A stretch of 64,000 nt of DNA from an uncultured SAR86 cluster bacterium (GCA_902560315.1 CACELG010000004.1:8038-72037), one strand, 5' to 3'; positions 8,483 to 18,907 are shown, numbered from the stretch's first letter. Program-made: numbers and translations. Notes: generated from the letters alone by a model not told the origin.

Positions 8483-8962
8483 TTATTCGAATGATATTTC
8501 CTGTATATCTTTAAATTTACCGGTGATATCTCTTTTTGAAACTATAAAAGATGATGGTTCTATATGAAGTGGTATTGCTATTTCAACAATAGCTGAGCTA
8601 ACAGGACCTCCCATATGTTTTCTATCTTCATAACCAATATGTTGATAAGTTGCATAAAAGGGATTTCCTATCCCAATTGCATAAAGGTATTTATTATCCT
8701 TGCCAAAAACTTTAATAGCATAAGTATCATCATCACTTAAAAATTTTATTTTTTTTAGTAATCTTTCATTTGGTTTATCAACCTTAATTTTTTTTATAGA
8801 GAAGTTGCTTGGAGAACCATCAAAAGAAATAATATAAGCATCATTAAATGGATTTGCATGAATTTTATTAAGTTTTTGCTTATCAATGACTTCATTTGAT
8901 TCGACTGACCAAGATAAACTAAATATCACTGTAAAAAATACTATATTTTTTTTGATTACCAT
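8483..8962 (-). CDS. Secreted hypothetical protein, translationally coupled to the M64 peptidase
   Basis: N-terminal signal sequence; 7-nt overlap with the upstream gene; beta-rich, with a GNPF...IAIP pattern. Confidence 0.6.
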   Translation of the reverse strand: MVIKKNIVFFTVIFSLSWSVESNEVIDKQKLNKIHANPFNDAYIISFDGSPSNFSIKKIKVDKPNERLLKKIKFLSDDDTYAIKVFGKDNKYLYAIGIGNPFYATYQHIGYEDRKHMGGPVSSAIVEIAIPLHIEPSSFIVSKRDITGKFKDIQEISFE

Positions 8963-11007
8963 CTTTCCCAGTTTATCCCCCAGGTTCCACCCATTGGACC
9001 ATTGATATACCCATAATCATATTGCGTTCTGTCAGTTGGATTAGTACCCCACTGCTCAGAATTATAATCATACCAATAAAAATCTGAATTAAATAAACCT
9101 TCATAAAAATCATCGGTATCTGTCACATCGTCTGGCGCCGTAACTGTTCCTGTTAAGTCATCAACTCGCCAAGTATAAACCTTAACAGAATTATCAGATG
9201 GTCTATTAAAAGTAATTTGGGTTTGATTTTCTAATGTGGGATCCTCTACTCCGTCAATATACCATTTTAATCTTAATTTTGATGAATCATATGCAACATC
9301 TATATCAATATCAAAACCTGTTCTTGATCCGGCATCATCTGAAATAAAACCTACATCATCTCCATAAACAAAACCTTGATTATGAATTGAACCAATTGCA
9401 AACCCCTCAACATTAACTTCACCATATTGATCAGTATTAACTTCCATAATTGTTAAAAATTTTGGTCTGTAATTATCGAATTCACCATAATAGTTTCCTT
9501 CAAATAAACCAACTTGATTACACATTGGATTTCTTCCAGTTCTATTTCCATTTGCATCATAAACGTTATAAAGACAATCACATGCAGTTGGATCATCATC
9601 ATCGTCGTCATAAAGTCCAACCGTCCCATCTGACCAGTTATAGCAAACGTTAAAAGTACTTCCAGCAACATTTGTTAAATCGTCAATATGATGTTTCCAT
9701 TTTACTTGGGATGGATCTGACTGGGTTGTTGTATTGACATTCCTATCTGCCCAGAAACTAACATCTCTGTCATCATCTGATATATATTCATCGCCCATTT
9801 CGCCATGAGCATGTCCAAGCTCATGCATAAGAACATATTCAGTTCTTGTACCAATTGGTTGAATATTGGTATTTCCTAAATTTACACCTCTGCCATCAAT
9901 CATTGTTAATACAGAGACAAGATCATTTTCTGAAAATAATTCATCAAATACTGATGTATTGATATCGCTGGAACCAATGCAATAAACATCTTCATCCCAG
10001 TCATAACATCCTGTTTCGATTGAAGCTAATGAAGTGCCATCAGGGTTTACAGGCTCTGCAACAATAATATCAAAATATCCTGCAAAAAATTCTGATACAT
10101 CAGAGTCATTAAGACCGTTAATTGACCTTAGCAAGGCATCTCTAAAATTTTCTAAATCAGAATTTGTTCCATTTGTCGGACTTTCTTCTAATGAATCAGC
10201 TACAAATAAATAATCAGTTCTTCCAAAAGATGCATCACCTCCAACAAGATAATAAACATAATAATCTTTATCAGTAGTTGTTCCAGAGTCAAAACCATCG
10301 CTTTTATCATCATCCATTGGAACTGTTACAATTTTTTTGTCAGCAATGAACCACGAATTGAATGTATCTGAACTTACAAGATCTCCATCTGATACTTTAA
10401 GTTCTGCACTTAATAATCCAGCATTAATTAAACCTGATAAATCAAGAGTTACTTCTCCAGTTCCTTCACCAGTGGAAACAAATGAAGTTGGAATATCTTC
10501 TTGATTTACACTTGCAGAAAAAACTAAATCAATATCATCATTATCAACATCTGAGAATGTTATTGAATATTTTGGATTAGATTCAAAGATTAAGTTGTTT
10601 TTATCTAAATTTGTCTTTGATGTCATTAAAATTTGAGGACTATCATTTACTGCGTTAACTGTAATAGAAACTGTACTACTTCTAGTTATATTTTTTTCAG
10701 AAGCAGTAACTGAATATGTAAATTCATCTTGTCCAAAAAAATTAGTATTCGGAGTGTATGAAATTGCAGCATTGATAGTAGAAAAAGTAAGAGTTCCATT
10801 AGAAGTTGAACTGGTTAAAGAATATTCAAGTGTAACGACTTCATTGGCACTTGCTGCCATCGATCCATTATAAGAAGTATCTTCATTGGTTGAAAATGTA
10901 TTTTGAGCAAGTGTTAAAGCAAAGGGTACTTTTGCGCCGCCTCCTCCACCTCCTCCACCACATGAAGAGATAATGATTGCAATCAATAATAATTGTTTCA
11001 AACGCAT
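8956..11007 (-). CDS. Surface lipoprotein with cadherin-like/Ig (Big_9-type) repeats and an M64 (IgA-peptidase-like) zinc metallopeptidase domain
   Basis: Lipobox IISSC-GGGGGG; TNEDT...YTPNTNFFGQDEFTY...VNAVND cadherin-like repeat; VLMHELGHAHGEMGDEY (M64-type HExxH...DEY); VGLFEGNY...YRP...IM. Confidence 0.8.
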   Translation of the reverse strand: MRLKQLLLIAIIISSCGGGGGGGGAKVPFALTLAQNTFSTNEDTSYNGSMAASANEVVTLEYSLTSSTSNGTLTFSTINAAISYTPNTNFFGQDEFTYSVTASEKNITRSSTVSITVNAVNDSPQILMTSKTNLDKNNLIFESNPKYSITFSDVDNDDIDLVFSASVNQEDIPTSFVSTGEGTGEVTLDLSGLINAGLLSAELKVSDGDLVSSDTFNSWFIADKKIVTVPMDDDKSDGFDSGTTTDKDYYVYYLVGGDASFGRTDYLFVADSLEESPTNGTNSDLENFRDALLRSINGLNDSDVSEFFAGYFDIIVAEPVNPDGTSLASIETGCYDWDEDVYCIGSSDINTSVFDELFSENDLVSVLTMIDGRGVNLGNTNIQPIGTRTEYVLMHELGHAHGEMGDEYISDDDRDVSFWADRNVNTTTQSDPSQVKWKHHIDDLTNVAGSTFNVCYNWSDGTVGLYDDDDDDPTACDCLYNVYDANGNRTGRNPMCNQVGLFEGNYYGEFDNYRPKFLTIMEVNTDQYGEVNVEGFAIGSIHNQGFVYGDDVGFISDDAGSRTGFDIDIDVAYDSSKLRLKWYIDGVEDPTLENQTQITFNRPSDNSVKVYTWRVDDLTGTVTAPDDVTDTDDFYEGLFNSDFYWYDYNSEQWGTNPTDRTQYDYGYINGPMGGTWGINWERW

Positions 11008-11022
11008 AACTTAATTATATAT

Positions 11023-11051
11023 AAAAAAAGAGGGACTAAGCCCTCTTTTTT
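11023..11051. terminator. Bidirectional-type stem-loop between the TonB receptor and the M64 gene
   Basis: AAAAAAAGAGGG-ACTAAG-CCCTCTTTTTT. Confidence 0.75.
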
Positions 11052-11068
11052 ATTTTCATTATTTTACC

Positions 11069-14029
11069 TTAAAACTTATACCTAAAGCCTAATCTGTGAA
11101 TTGGGCCATGATCTTGAGATAAGAATAACATCTCTTCATATCTTGCATATAATCTTGTTGGTTCATCATTTAAATTCTGAACTTCAAAGAAAACTACTGC
11201 GTCTTCATTTATGTTATAGGCCATTGACAGATCCCATTGGTTTCTTTCTTCAACATATAAAGGCTGATCATAGTTACCAAAACCTGCAATAGTCTCACCT
11301 CTAGTATTTAAAGCAATTCTTGCTGTAATTTTTGTATCTTCGTAGAAAAGAGAAAAGTTACTTGAATCACCTAAACCAGGTAATATGAATTGACGGCTTG
11401 TATCATATCGATCAATCTCAACATCACCACCAGATACAAATGTTGCATTAATCTGAGTACCAAAACCAGAATCTCCAAAGAGATGCTGTAACACAACCTC
11501 AAAACCATCAACCGAACCAGATTCTAAGTTTAGAGGTCTTGTAATTTCGAAGATTGCTAATGGATCAGAACTTGTACCATCTAAATAACCAGGCTCACAT
11601 CTCCACCAACCATCATAATCACATGCACCGTATGGGAAACCATTTGTAACATCAATTCCTCTAGACATTGCTACAGCAACCCAACCCATATGTTGATATA
11701 TATTCATCCATGATTGAGCCCATAAAGCTTGCTGAGAAACACAATCACCTGATCCCCATTCACCTGGGAATCCTGGATCAGGTCTACCAGCTTGATCCCA
11801 TGCCTGAACACATGCCTGAGCAAAGGCACCAATTTCTCCATTAGCTGGATTAGTTAAAGCATCGATACTTCCAGTTGAAACATCAGAACTAATAAAGTTA
11901 TCAATATCTTTTCTAAAGTAATTTAATGAAAAATAACTTCCTTCATCATAATAATATTCATAAGCTATATCTAAATTTTCAGACTCTAATGGTTCTAAAC
12001 CAGGGTTGCCACCTGATGCAGTTGGTATTAAATAATCTCTATTACCAAATTGAAACGAACTTCTTAGATCTTGTAGAGATGGTCTACCCATTGATTTACC
12101 ATAACTAAGTCTTAACACCTGATCATCAGTTAATTCGTATGCCATTGCTAGTTGAGGTAAGACAATATCGTTACTTCCAGATCTTGCAGCAGCGACCTCA
12201 CCACCATTAGGATAAATGAGTCCATTTATCATATCCCATCTAATTACAGACGGAGTTGCTTCAAGAGCCGTTGAAGTTGTATTAGACTCTTCATACCGAA
12301 CTCCTGCAACAACATTAAGGGGTTTATTGTTAATCATAAACTCCATATTTACCTGAATAAATGCTGCATCAAGGGTTTCTTCAACCATATCATTCACATC
12401 AATTGGTCCAGCGCTAATATCTCCGAAATTTGCTATCCAATCTGCCAGAGCAAGATCTTTATTAATAGCAAAATAATATGCAGGTAAACTAGGATTATCT
12501 CTAAAAGCACTCATAAAACCATCTAGAGAAGTTCTTGTTAACATTGCGCTACTTGCTGCAGTTCCAGGCGTAGCGTTATTAATCTCCTCCATTCTAATAT
12601 CATGAAAAACTGAATCAGCTCTTGAAACTCCAAATTCTACCGATTTTATTGATTCACTAATTTTGCCATCTAAATTTTCCCATAAACCTTTAAATTGAAA
12701 CTGTTCCATTTGGTTCTCTTTAAATGCGTCTCTATAATAAAGAGAGCCATATGTATAATCATCTGTATCGAAAGTTCTATCGTATATGAAAGAATTTATT
12801 CCAGATGTTCCTCCATTAAAATGAGTAATGGTTGCAGTTGCAGGAGCAACTAATCCCATCTCATTTGGCAATTCAGTTCCTTCTTTTTCTGCAGACGAAT
12901 CATGATAATCAAGAACGAAAGTTAGAGCATCTGAGTAATTCCATTCTAAATTTAAACCAACAGATTGATTTAGGTTTTCAGTATCGCCCCATATCAATTG
13001 GTGATCGTATCCTCTATCACCAACAGTGACATCTGTATAAACACCATTTTCATTAATTGTTCCAAGTGTTGTTGTCCAACCACCCAGCCAAGATCCAAAC
13101 ATTTGACCTACTGAACTAAATTCAACTTTTGAATATGTGTAATCAACTGTAGCAATTAAATCATCTGAAAATGAATACTGCATGGTTAATTGAGCATTGG
13201 TTCTTTCTCTATCATTTTCTTTAATCTGATATGCTGATGGTTCTTGATAAAAAGTTTTACCATCTGCTCTTTGATTGTTATCTGTAATACCTGCAGCAGT
13301 TTTATCAACTCTTGAATATCCTTCAATTGCTGCCATATCTTCTACAGATAACCAGTTTGATTCTCTTGTTCCTTCTTCTATATTATTCCTATCTTGGAAG
13401 GATCCTGATATTGCAAAACCAAAGTTACCAAAATTAGAACTATGAACAAAATTTACTTCAGGTTTTAGGTCTTCATTGCTTGTTGAGTCATTAAGAACAT
13501 CAACAGAAAAAGAGCTAAGGCTTCCATCAATCGATAATGGTTTTGTTGTAACCATATTTATAGTTGATCCTATACCGCCTGAGGGTAATGAGCTATTAGT
13601 TGATTTATAAACTTCAACAGCTGCAATACCATGGGAAGATATGTCTCCAAAATTGAAAGATCTTCCGCCGCCCCATTGTCCAGGGACAGTAGGCATTTGA
13701 CGACCGTTAAGTGTAACTAAATTTAACTCAGGGCCAAATCCTCTAACAGCAACTCTTTCACCCTCAACGTTACTTCTATCAATACCAATACCAACGACTC
13801 TGGCTAAAGATTCTGCTAAATTGTTATCTGGAAATTTACCAAAATCTTCAGCAGTAATAGCATCAACAACACCGACGTTATTTCTTTTAATATCAATTGC
13901 GCTTATAAGACTTTTTTTGATTCCAGTTACTACAACCTCTTCAACATCGTCGTCCGATTCATTATCTTGAGCGATAACAATAAACGACATTGGTAATACC
14001 AATAATAATGATAATAAATACTTATTCAC
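11069..14029 (-). CDS. TonB-dependent outer-membrane receptor
   Basis: Signal peptide; TonB box EEVVVTG; plug VVDAITAEDFGKFPDNNLAESLARVVG, VTLNGRQ; C-terminal RLGFRYKF. GTG start with GGGGG RBS. Confidence 0.96.
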   Translation of the reverse strand: MNKYLLSLLLVLPMSFIVIAQDNESDDDVEEVVVTGIKKSLISAIDIKRNNVGVVDAITAEDFGKFPDNNLAESLARVVGIGIDRSNVEGERVAVRGFGPELNLVTLNGRQMPTVPGQWGGGRSFNFGDISSHGIAAVEVYKSTNSSLPSGGIGSTINMVTTKPLSIDGSLSSFSVDVLNDSTSNEDLKPEVNFVHSSNFGNFGFAISGSFQDRNNIEEGTRESNWLSVEDMAAIEGYSRVDKTAAGITDNNQRADGKTFYQEPSAYQIKENDRERTNAQLTMQYSFSDDLIATVDYTYSKVEFSSVGQMFGSWLGGWTTTLGTINENGVYTDVTVGDRGYDHQLIWGDTENLNQSVGLNLEWNYSDALTFVLDYHDSSAEKEGTELPNEMGLVAPATATITHFNGGTSGINSFIYDRTFDTDDYTYGSLYYRDAFKENQMEQFQFKGLWENLDGKISESIKSVEFGVSRADSVFHDIRMEEINNATPGTAASSAMLTRTSLDGFMSAFRDNPSLPAYYFAINKDLALADWIANFGDISAGPIDVNDMVEETLDAAFIQVNMEFMINNKPLNVVAGVRYEESNTTSTALEATPSVIRWDMINGLIYPNGGEVAAARSGSNDIVLPQLAMAYELTDDQVLRLSYGKSMGRPSLQDLRSSFQFGNRDYLIPTASGGNPGLEPLESENLDIAYEYYYDEGSYFSLNYFRKDIDNFISSDVSTGSIDALTNPANGEIGAFAQACVQAWDQAGRPDPGFPGEWGSGDCVSQQALWAQSWMNIYQHMGWVAVAMSRGIDVTNGFPYGACDYDGWWRCEPGYLDGTSSDPLAIFEITRPLNLESGSVDGFEVVLQHLFGDSGFGTQINATFVSGGDVEIDRYDTSRQFILPGLGDSSNFSLFYEDTKITARIALNTRGETIAGFGNYDQPLYVEERNQWDLSMAYNINEDAVVFFEVQNLNDEPTRLYARYEEMLFLSQDHGPIHRLGFRYKF

Positions 14030-14144
14030 AAAAACCCCCTAGGTAAATGTACATTGAATATGCTTATTAAACTTTTTTGATTAAATCATGTCAAGGTAAA
14101 ATATATATTATATAAACATACTTTAAAGATAAGATTTGATGAGA

Positions 14145-15068
14145 TTATGAATCAATAAATTTAAGAGTTTCTTCTCCAAATTCAGACCACCAATCCATGC
14201 CCATTAAGTGGATTTTTTCAAGGTTTTCTTCAGAGTCATCGTCTAAGAATCTATTAATTTTTCCTAGAGGAGAATTTATTCTAAGATAATTATCAGTGAA
14301 GAATTCATTTGAAATTTCATTATGAATTTCCGAGTCTAATAGCATTCCCATAATATCATTTCTTAGCCAACCAACGCCTCCCCATTTTGTAGATGTGTCT
14401 CCATTTATTTTATTTTTATTTTGTCCAGATCCTAAGCTTAAGATTTTGATATTATTTGTCTCTAAAATTTTTTTTGAGTATGAAAAACCAATTAAAGTTG
14501 GATTATTTGTAATTATACTTCCATCTATCATCCACGATTTGTCTTGCATTTGATATGTAGGAAAATACATTGGGGCTGCACTTGAGGCGGCGATTGCGTC
14601 TTTAAAAGTTACTTCTGGTGTATTTGAAGAATCAAAAACGACATGACTTCTTTTTTCAATATCATAGGCGTAACATAAAAAAGGTTTGTTAGATTCTCTT
14701 AGTGTGTTTTTTTTGAAGATTTCATCTAACATCTCTAATCTACCATCGCTTTCATATCTTGGTCTAGCTTGAAATAAAGATGCTTTATCCCAGAAAAAAG
14801 AACTTTTCATTATTTTATCTAAATAACTTTTTGTCCAATAGCTCTTAACTTTATCAGCTGAAAATCCTCCGAATGCAAAACAAGCAGCATTAAATGCTCC
14901 AGCACTTGTACCAATAAACATATCAAATATATCTGAAACTTTCTTACCACTCTCAGCTTCCAATTTTTTTAAAAAAACAATCGATGCTATTGTCCTTACA
15001 CCACCACCATCAAAACATATAATCTTTTTATGATTAAACTTTGAAAGGAAACTAAAAAAATTCTTCAT
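14145..15068 (-). CDS. Patatin-like phospholipase
   Basis: DGGGVR, GTSAG (catalytic Ser), ASSAAPMYFP, IDGSIITNNP. Confidence 0.92.
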   Translation of the reverse strand: MKNFFSFLSKFNHKKIICFDGGGVRTIASIVFLKKLEAESGKKVSDIFDMFIGTSAGAFNAACFAFGGFSADKVKSYWTKSYLDKIMKSSFFWDKASLFQARPRYESDGRLEMLDEIFKKNTLRESNKPFLCYAYDIEKRSHVVFDSSNTPEVTFKDAIAASSAAPMYFPTYQMQDKSWMIDGSIITNNPTLIGFSYSKKILETNNIKILSLGSGQNKNKINGDTSTKWGGVGWLRNDIMGMLLDSEIHNEISNEFFTDNYLRINSPLGKINRFLDDDSEENLEKIHLMGMDWWSEFGEETLKFIDS

Positions 15069-15376
15069 CGCGTTATTTTTTTATTTAAGAATTCTGAAGC
15101 TTCTTTTACACTTCCAAGATTAATAACATCTTTATATCCAATATCAATAAGAATATCTGTAGCTTTTTGAGACCTATTTCCACTTCTACAATATAAAAAT
15201 ATACGATTATCTTTATTGGTACTATTCTCAACTAACGCTATGTCTTGCCATTCTATGTTAATCGCACTTTCGACATGCCCTGATTCAAATTCTTGTGGAG
15301 TCCTAACATCAATTATGATTGGATTACTTGCAAATAATTGAAAACTTAATAAAAGAAGAACTAATGATTTTTTCAA
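15065..15376 (-). CDS. Secreted single-domain rhodanese (PspE-like)
   Basis: Signal peptide; IIDVRTPQEFESGHVESAINI; YCRSGNRS active-site loop. Confidence 0.88.
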   Translation of the reverse strand: MKKSLVLLLLSFQLFASNPIIIDVRTPQEFESGHVESAINIEWQDIALVENSTNKDNRIFLYCRSGNRSQKATDILIDIGYKDVINLGSVKEASEFLNKKITR

Positions 15377-15382
15377 TTTCTT

Positions 15383-17062
15383 TTAAGCCCAGTCATTTAA
15401 AATCATGTCAGCAGCCTTTTCACCAATCATAATTGTTGGAGCATTAGTATTTCCTCCAATCAAGGTAGGCATTATTGATGCATCAACAACTCTTAGACCT
15501 TCAATACCATGAACTTTTAAATTGTTATCAACAACAGCCATTTCATCATTACCCATTTTACATGTTCCAACTGGATGATAGACAGTGTCAGCTTCTTCTC
15601 TAATAGCTAATTCAATATCATCATCATTGGTTATATCAATTGGTCTCATTGTATGCGCAGACGTATACTTGGAAAAAGATTCTTTGTTGAGAATTGTCAT
15701 CATTTGCTTATAACCAGCGATCATATCTTGCATGTCATCAGGATGAGATAAAAATTTTGGATCAATATTTGGGTCTTCAAATGGATCTGAAGAATTAAGA
15801 GTGACTTCACCTCTTGACCTTGGTCTTAAAAGACACATATGACATCCTAGGCCATGACCCCAGAGTTGAGTTCTTCCATGATCAACAACCATAGTTGGAA
15901 TAAAATGTAACTGAATATCTGGAATGTCTTTTTCTTTATTTGATTTAATGAAACCTCCGGCCTCTGCAATTGTCGAAGTGAACAACCCAGTTTTAGCAAA
16001 AATATACTTTAATATCTCAAATGGAAATTTAAAAAATATTGATTTTAAAGACATCCCAATTAGTTCCATTGAGTTATATCTATGAACTGTAAGGTAATCT
16101 ATGTGGTCTTGTAAATTTTTACCAACACCAGGTAAGTCATGCTGATGTTCAATATCATGTTTTAGGATTTCTTCAGCTGGACCGATTCCAGACCTAAGCA
16201 TTATTTGTGGCGAACCAAAAGCTCCTGATGATAAAAGAACTTCTTTGTTAGCATTGACTGTAAAGTGCTCGCCATCTTTATTAATACATTCAACTCCAAC
16301 AGCTTTTTTATTTTCAATAATGATTCTATTAATATTTGTATCTGTCATGACCGTTAAATTGTCTCTATTTAAAATTGGAACTAAATATGCTTTAGCAGTA
16401 CTGCACCTTTTACCATTTTTCTGTGTGCATTGATAAAATCCTATTCCCTCTTGATTTTCTCCATTAAAATCTTCGTTATATCCAAATACTTCCGAGCCAG
16501 TTTTAACAAAATCTTTTACAGGATTATTCTCATGCCTTATTTTTGATACATTTAAGGGTCCGTCTTGACCATGAAAATCATTATCAAACATTTCATTATG
16601 TTCAGCCTTTTTAAAATAAGGAAGAATTTCATTATATGACCAACCCTCATTTCCTAATTCAGACCAGTGATCATAATCCCATCTATGTCCTCTAACATAT
16701 AACATTGCATTTATAGAACTAGATCCCCCTAACGTTTTGCCTCGAGGCTGAAATCCTTTTCTGTGTTCAAGAGACTCTGATTCAACTTTATGGACTCCAC
16801 CAGCAGAATCAACAACAGCTGCCTCAGGCTCTGTAACAATAACTTTTTCAAATTCTTTTTGAGGCACAGTTTCATAATTCCAACTTACTGGGTTATTCTC
16901 TCCAAAAAATGCAAATCCAATAGGAATATGTATTCTTGGATCACTATCCTTTGAGCCTGCTTCAATTAAGCAAACTTTATAATCAGGATTTGAACTTAAC
17001 CTATTTGCAAGAACACAACCAGCTGAGCCCGCGCCTAAAATTATAAAATCATATTTTTCCAC
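15383..17062 (-). CDS. GMC-family oxidoreductase (AlkJ/BetA-like alcohol or choline dehydrogenase)
   Basis: GAGSAGCVLANRLS, PRGKTLGGSSSINAM, GKNLQDH, YHPVGTCKMG, GLRVVDASIMP, GGNTNAPTIMIGEKAAD. Confidence 0.93.
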   Translation of the reverse strand: MEKYDFIILGAGSAGCVLANRLSSNPDYKVCLIEAGSKDSDPRIHIPIGFAFFGENNPVSWNYETVPQKEFEKVIVTEPEAAVVDSAGGVHKVESESLEHRKGFQPRGKTLGGSSSINAMLYVRGHRWDYDHWSELGNEGWSYNEILPYFKKAEHNEMFDNDFHGQDGPLNVSKIRHENNPVKDFVKTGSEVFGYNEDFNGENQEGIGFYQCTQKNGKRCSTAKAYLVPILNRDNLTVMTDTNINRIIIENKKAVGVECINKDGEHFTVNANKEVLLSSGAFGSPQIMLRSGIGPAEEILKHDIEHQHDLPGVGKNLQDHIDYLTVHRYNSMELIGMSLKSIFFKFPFEILKYIFAKTGLFTSTIAEAGGFIKSNKEKDIPDIQLHFIPTMVVDHGRTQLWGHGLGCHMCLLRPRSRGEVTLNSSDPFEDPNIDPKFLSHPDDMQDMIAGYKQMMTILNKESFSKYTSAHTMRPIDITNDDDIELAIREEADTVYHPVGTCKMGNDEMAVVDNNLKVHGIEGLRVVDASIMPTLIGGNTNAPTIMIGEKAADMILNDWA

Positions 17063-17143
17063 TTTGACAATCTCTCCAAAAAAACTATCTAATAAGTTTA
17101 TGTTTTAGAATCATAACTGTAAACTTTGTTTTAAACATTTATT

Positions 17144-17893
17144 ATGAGCACATTTTATATCTTTTTATTAATTTGGGTTGCAATTGCATTAGCAACATTT
17201 ACTTATTTATTTTTTGAAAATGCTCCATATGGAAGACATATTAAAGATGGTTGGGGTATAGAAATTCCTGCCCGACTTGGCTGGGTTATGATGGAATCAC
17301 CATGTGTTATTTTAATGGCAATCTATGCTCTTATTGTGAGAGATCAATTAGAAATAATTCACTATATATTTCTTCTAATTTGGATGACTCACTATGTTCA
17401 TAGGACATTTATATATCCATTTTTAATTGAATTAACCAACCCAAAAATGCCAATTTCAATAGCATTTTCTGCCATCTTTTTTAATATTATTAACGTAAGC
17501 ATTCAAGCATTTGGTATTTTTTACTTTACTCAATATTCAGATAATTGGGCATCATCCCCAGTATTTATAATAGGTTTATCAGTTTTCTTAATTGGCATGT
17601 ATATAAATATAAGATCTGATTACATTATTGTAGCTATGAAAAAAAGAAATGGGCCTGGTTACCATGTTCCAGATGCTTTTTTATATAAATATTTATCTGC
17701 ACCAAATTATTTTGGTGAGATTATTGAATGGTTAGGGTGGGCTATCTTAACTTGGAGTATTTCAGGAATAGTCTTTTTGATATGGGTTATAGCAAATCTA
17801 TTCCCGAGAGCTTTAGCTCATCATAAATGGTATAAGAAAAAATTCAGTGATTATCCAAAAAATAGGAGAGCTATTATTCCAGGAATTATTTAA
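17144..17893 (+). CDS. Steroid 5-alpha-reductase family (SRD5A/DET2-like) membrane reductase
   Basis: APYGRH, GWVMMESP, HYVHRTFIYP, PNYFGEIIEWLGWA, NLFPRALAHHKWY; multiple transmembrane segments. Confidence 0.9.
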   Translation: MSTFYIFLLIWVAIALATFTYLFFENAPYGRHIKDGWGIEIPARLGWVMMESPCVILMAIYALIVRDQLEIIHYIFLLIWMTHYVHRTFIYPFLIELTNPKMPISIAFSAIFFNIINVSIQAFGIFYFTQYSDNWASSPVFIIGLSVFLIGMYINIRSDYIIVAMKKRNGPGYHVPDAFLYKYLSAPNYFGEIIEWLGWAILTWSISGIVFLIWVIANLFPRALAHHKWYKKKFSDYPKNRRAIIPGII

Positions 17894-18893
17894 TTAATCC
17901 TAATTCTCTAATCTGCTCGGCAATTTCTATAATAGATTCTTCTGCAGGCCTTGGTTTCCAGCCAAGAATATCCTTAGCATTTGTTGCATCTCTGACACTT
18001 CTTACTCGTCCAACATATGGAAGAGAAAATCTTAATTCTTTACTAAAAACTGCTAGTAAAGGAGTAATCCATGCTGGAACACTGTATTTTGGTGCTTTAT
18101 CAAAACCGTTAGCTCTTAGGATTTTTGCAACATCCTTATACCAAAGATCTTTTTCACTTAAAGCAAATCTTTTCCCATTGCTATTTGGATTTTGCATTGC
18201 AAGTATATGTGCAGCGGCAACATCTCTTACATCTACGTATCCAAATTGAATTGGAACTCCAACTGGCATTTTTCCAGTTGCAACCAATTCAATAGCTTTA
18301 TTTGATTCCCCAATATCCCCCGACAATGATGGACCAATTACCAAGGCAGGATTTATTACAGCAAGTTCAAAGGGATTATTTTCTTCTTTTACAAAATCCC
18401 ATGCTGCCATTTCTGCAAGTGTTTTACTTTTTGCATAATGATTAATAGTATCTTTATTTGGATCTGACCAATCACTTTCATCATAGTATTCTTTAAGGAC
18501 AGTGGTTTCATAAATTGCAGCTACTGATGATGTAAGAACCACCTTTTTTAAATTATGTTTTTTTGCAAACTTTAGAGCTCTTTTTGCACCAGATACTGCC
18601 GGCCCAACAAAAAATTCCTCACCATGGTTTGCTAATGCCAAAGGGGATGCAACATGCATTAAATAATCGCAACCTTCCATACCTTCATCCCATCCGTCAT
18701 CTTCAGTAAGATTAAAAGTAAAAATTTTAAGGTTTTCTGTAGGAGTATTATGTTTTTTAAGAGCATCATATATTTCATCTTTTCTTTCAGGAGATCTTAC
18801 TGAACCATTAACAGCATAACCTTGATCAAGAAGTTGCTGAATACAATGCAAGCCGATATAGCCTGTTGCTCCTGTTACTAAAACTTTTTCCAT
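17886..18893 (-). CDS. Extended SDR, NAD(P)-dependent aldehyde/carbonyl reductase (dihydroflavonol-reductase-like)
   Basis: VTGATGYIG, HVASP, TSSVAA, YAKSKTLAE, VDVRDVA. Confidence 0.88.
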   Translation of the reverse strand: MEKVLVTGATGYIGLHCIQQLLDQGYAVNGSVRSPERKDEIYDALKKHNTPTENLKIFTFNLTEDDGWDEGMEGCDYLMHVASPLALANHGEEFFVGPAVSGAKRALKFAKKHNLKKVVLTSSVAAIYETTVLKEYYDESDWSDPNKDTINHYAKSKTLAEMAAWDFVKEENNPFELAVINPALVIGPSLSGDIGESNKAIELVATGKMPVGVPIQFGYVDVRDVAAAHILAMQNPNSNGKRFALSEKDLWYKDVAKILRANGFDKAPKYSVPAWITPLLAVFSKELRFSLPYVGRVRSVRDATNAKDILGWKPRPAEESIIEIAEQIRELGLIK

Positions 18894-18907
18894 ATTAAAT
18901 CCTTATA

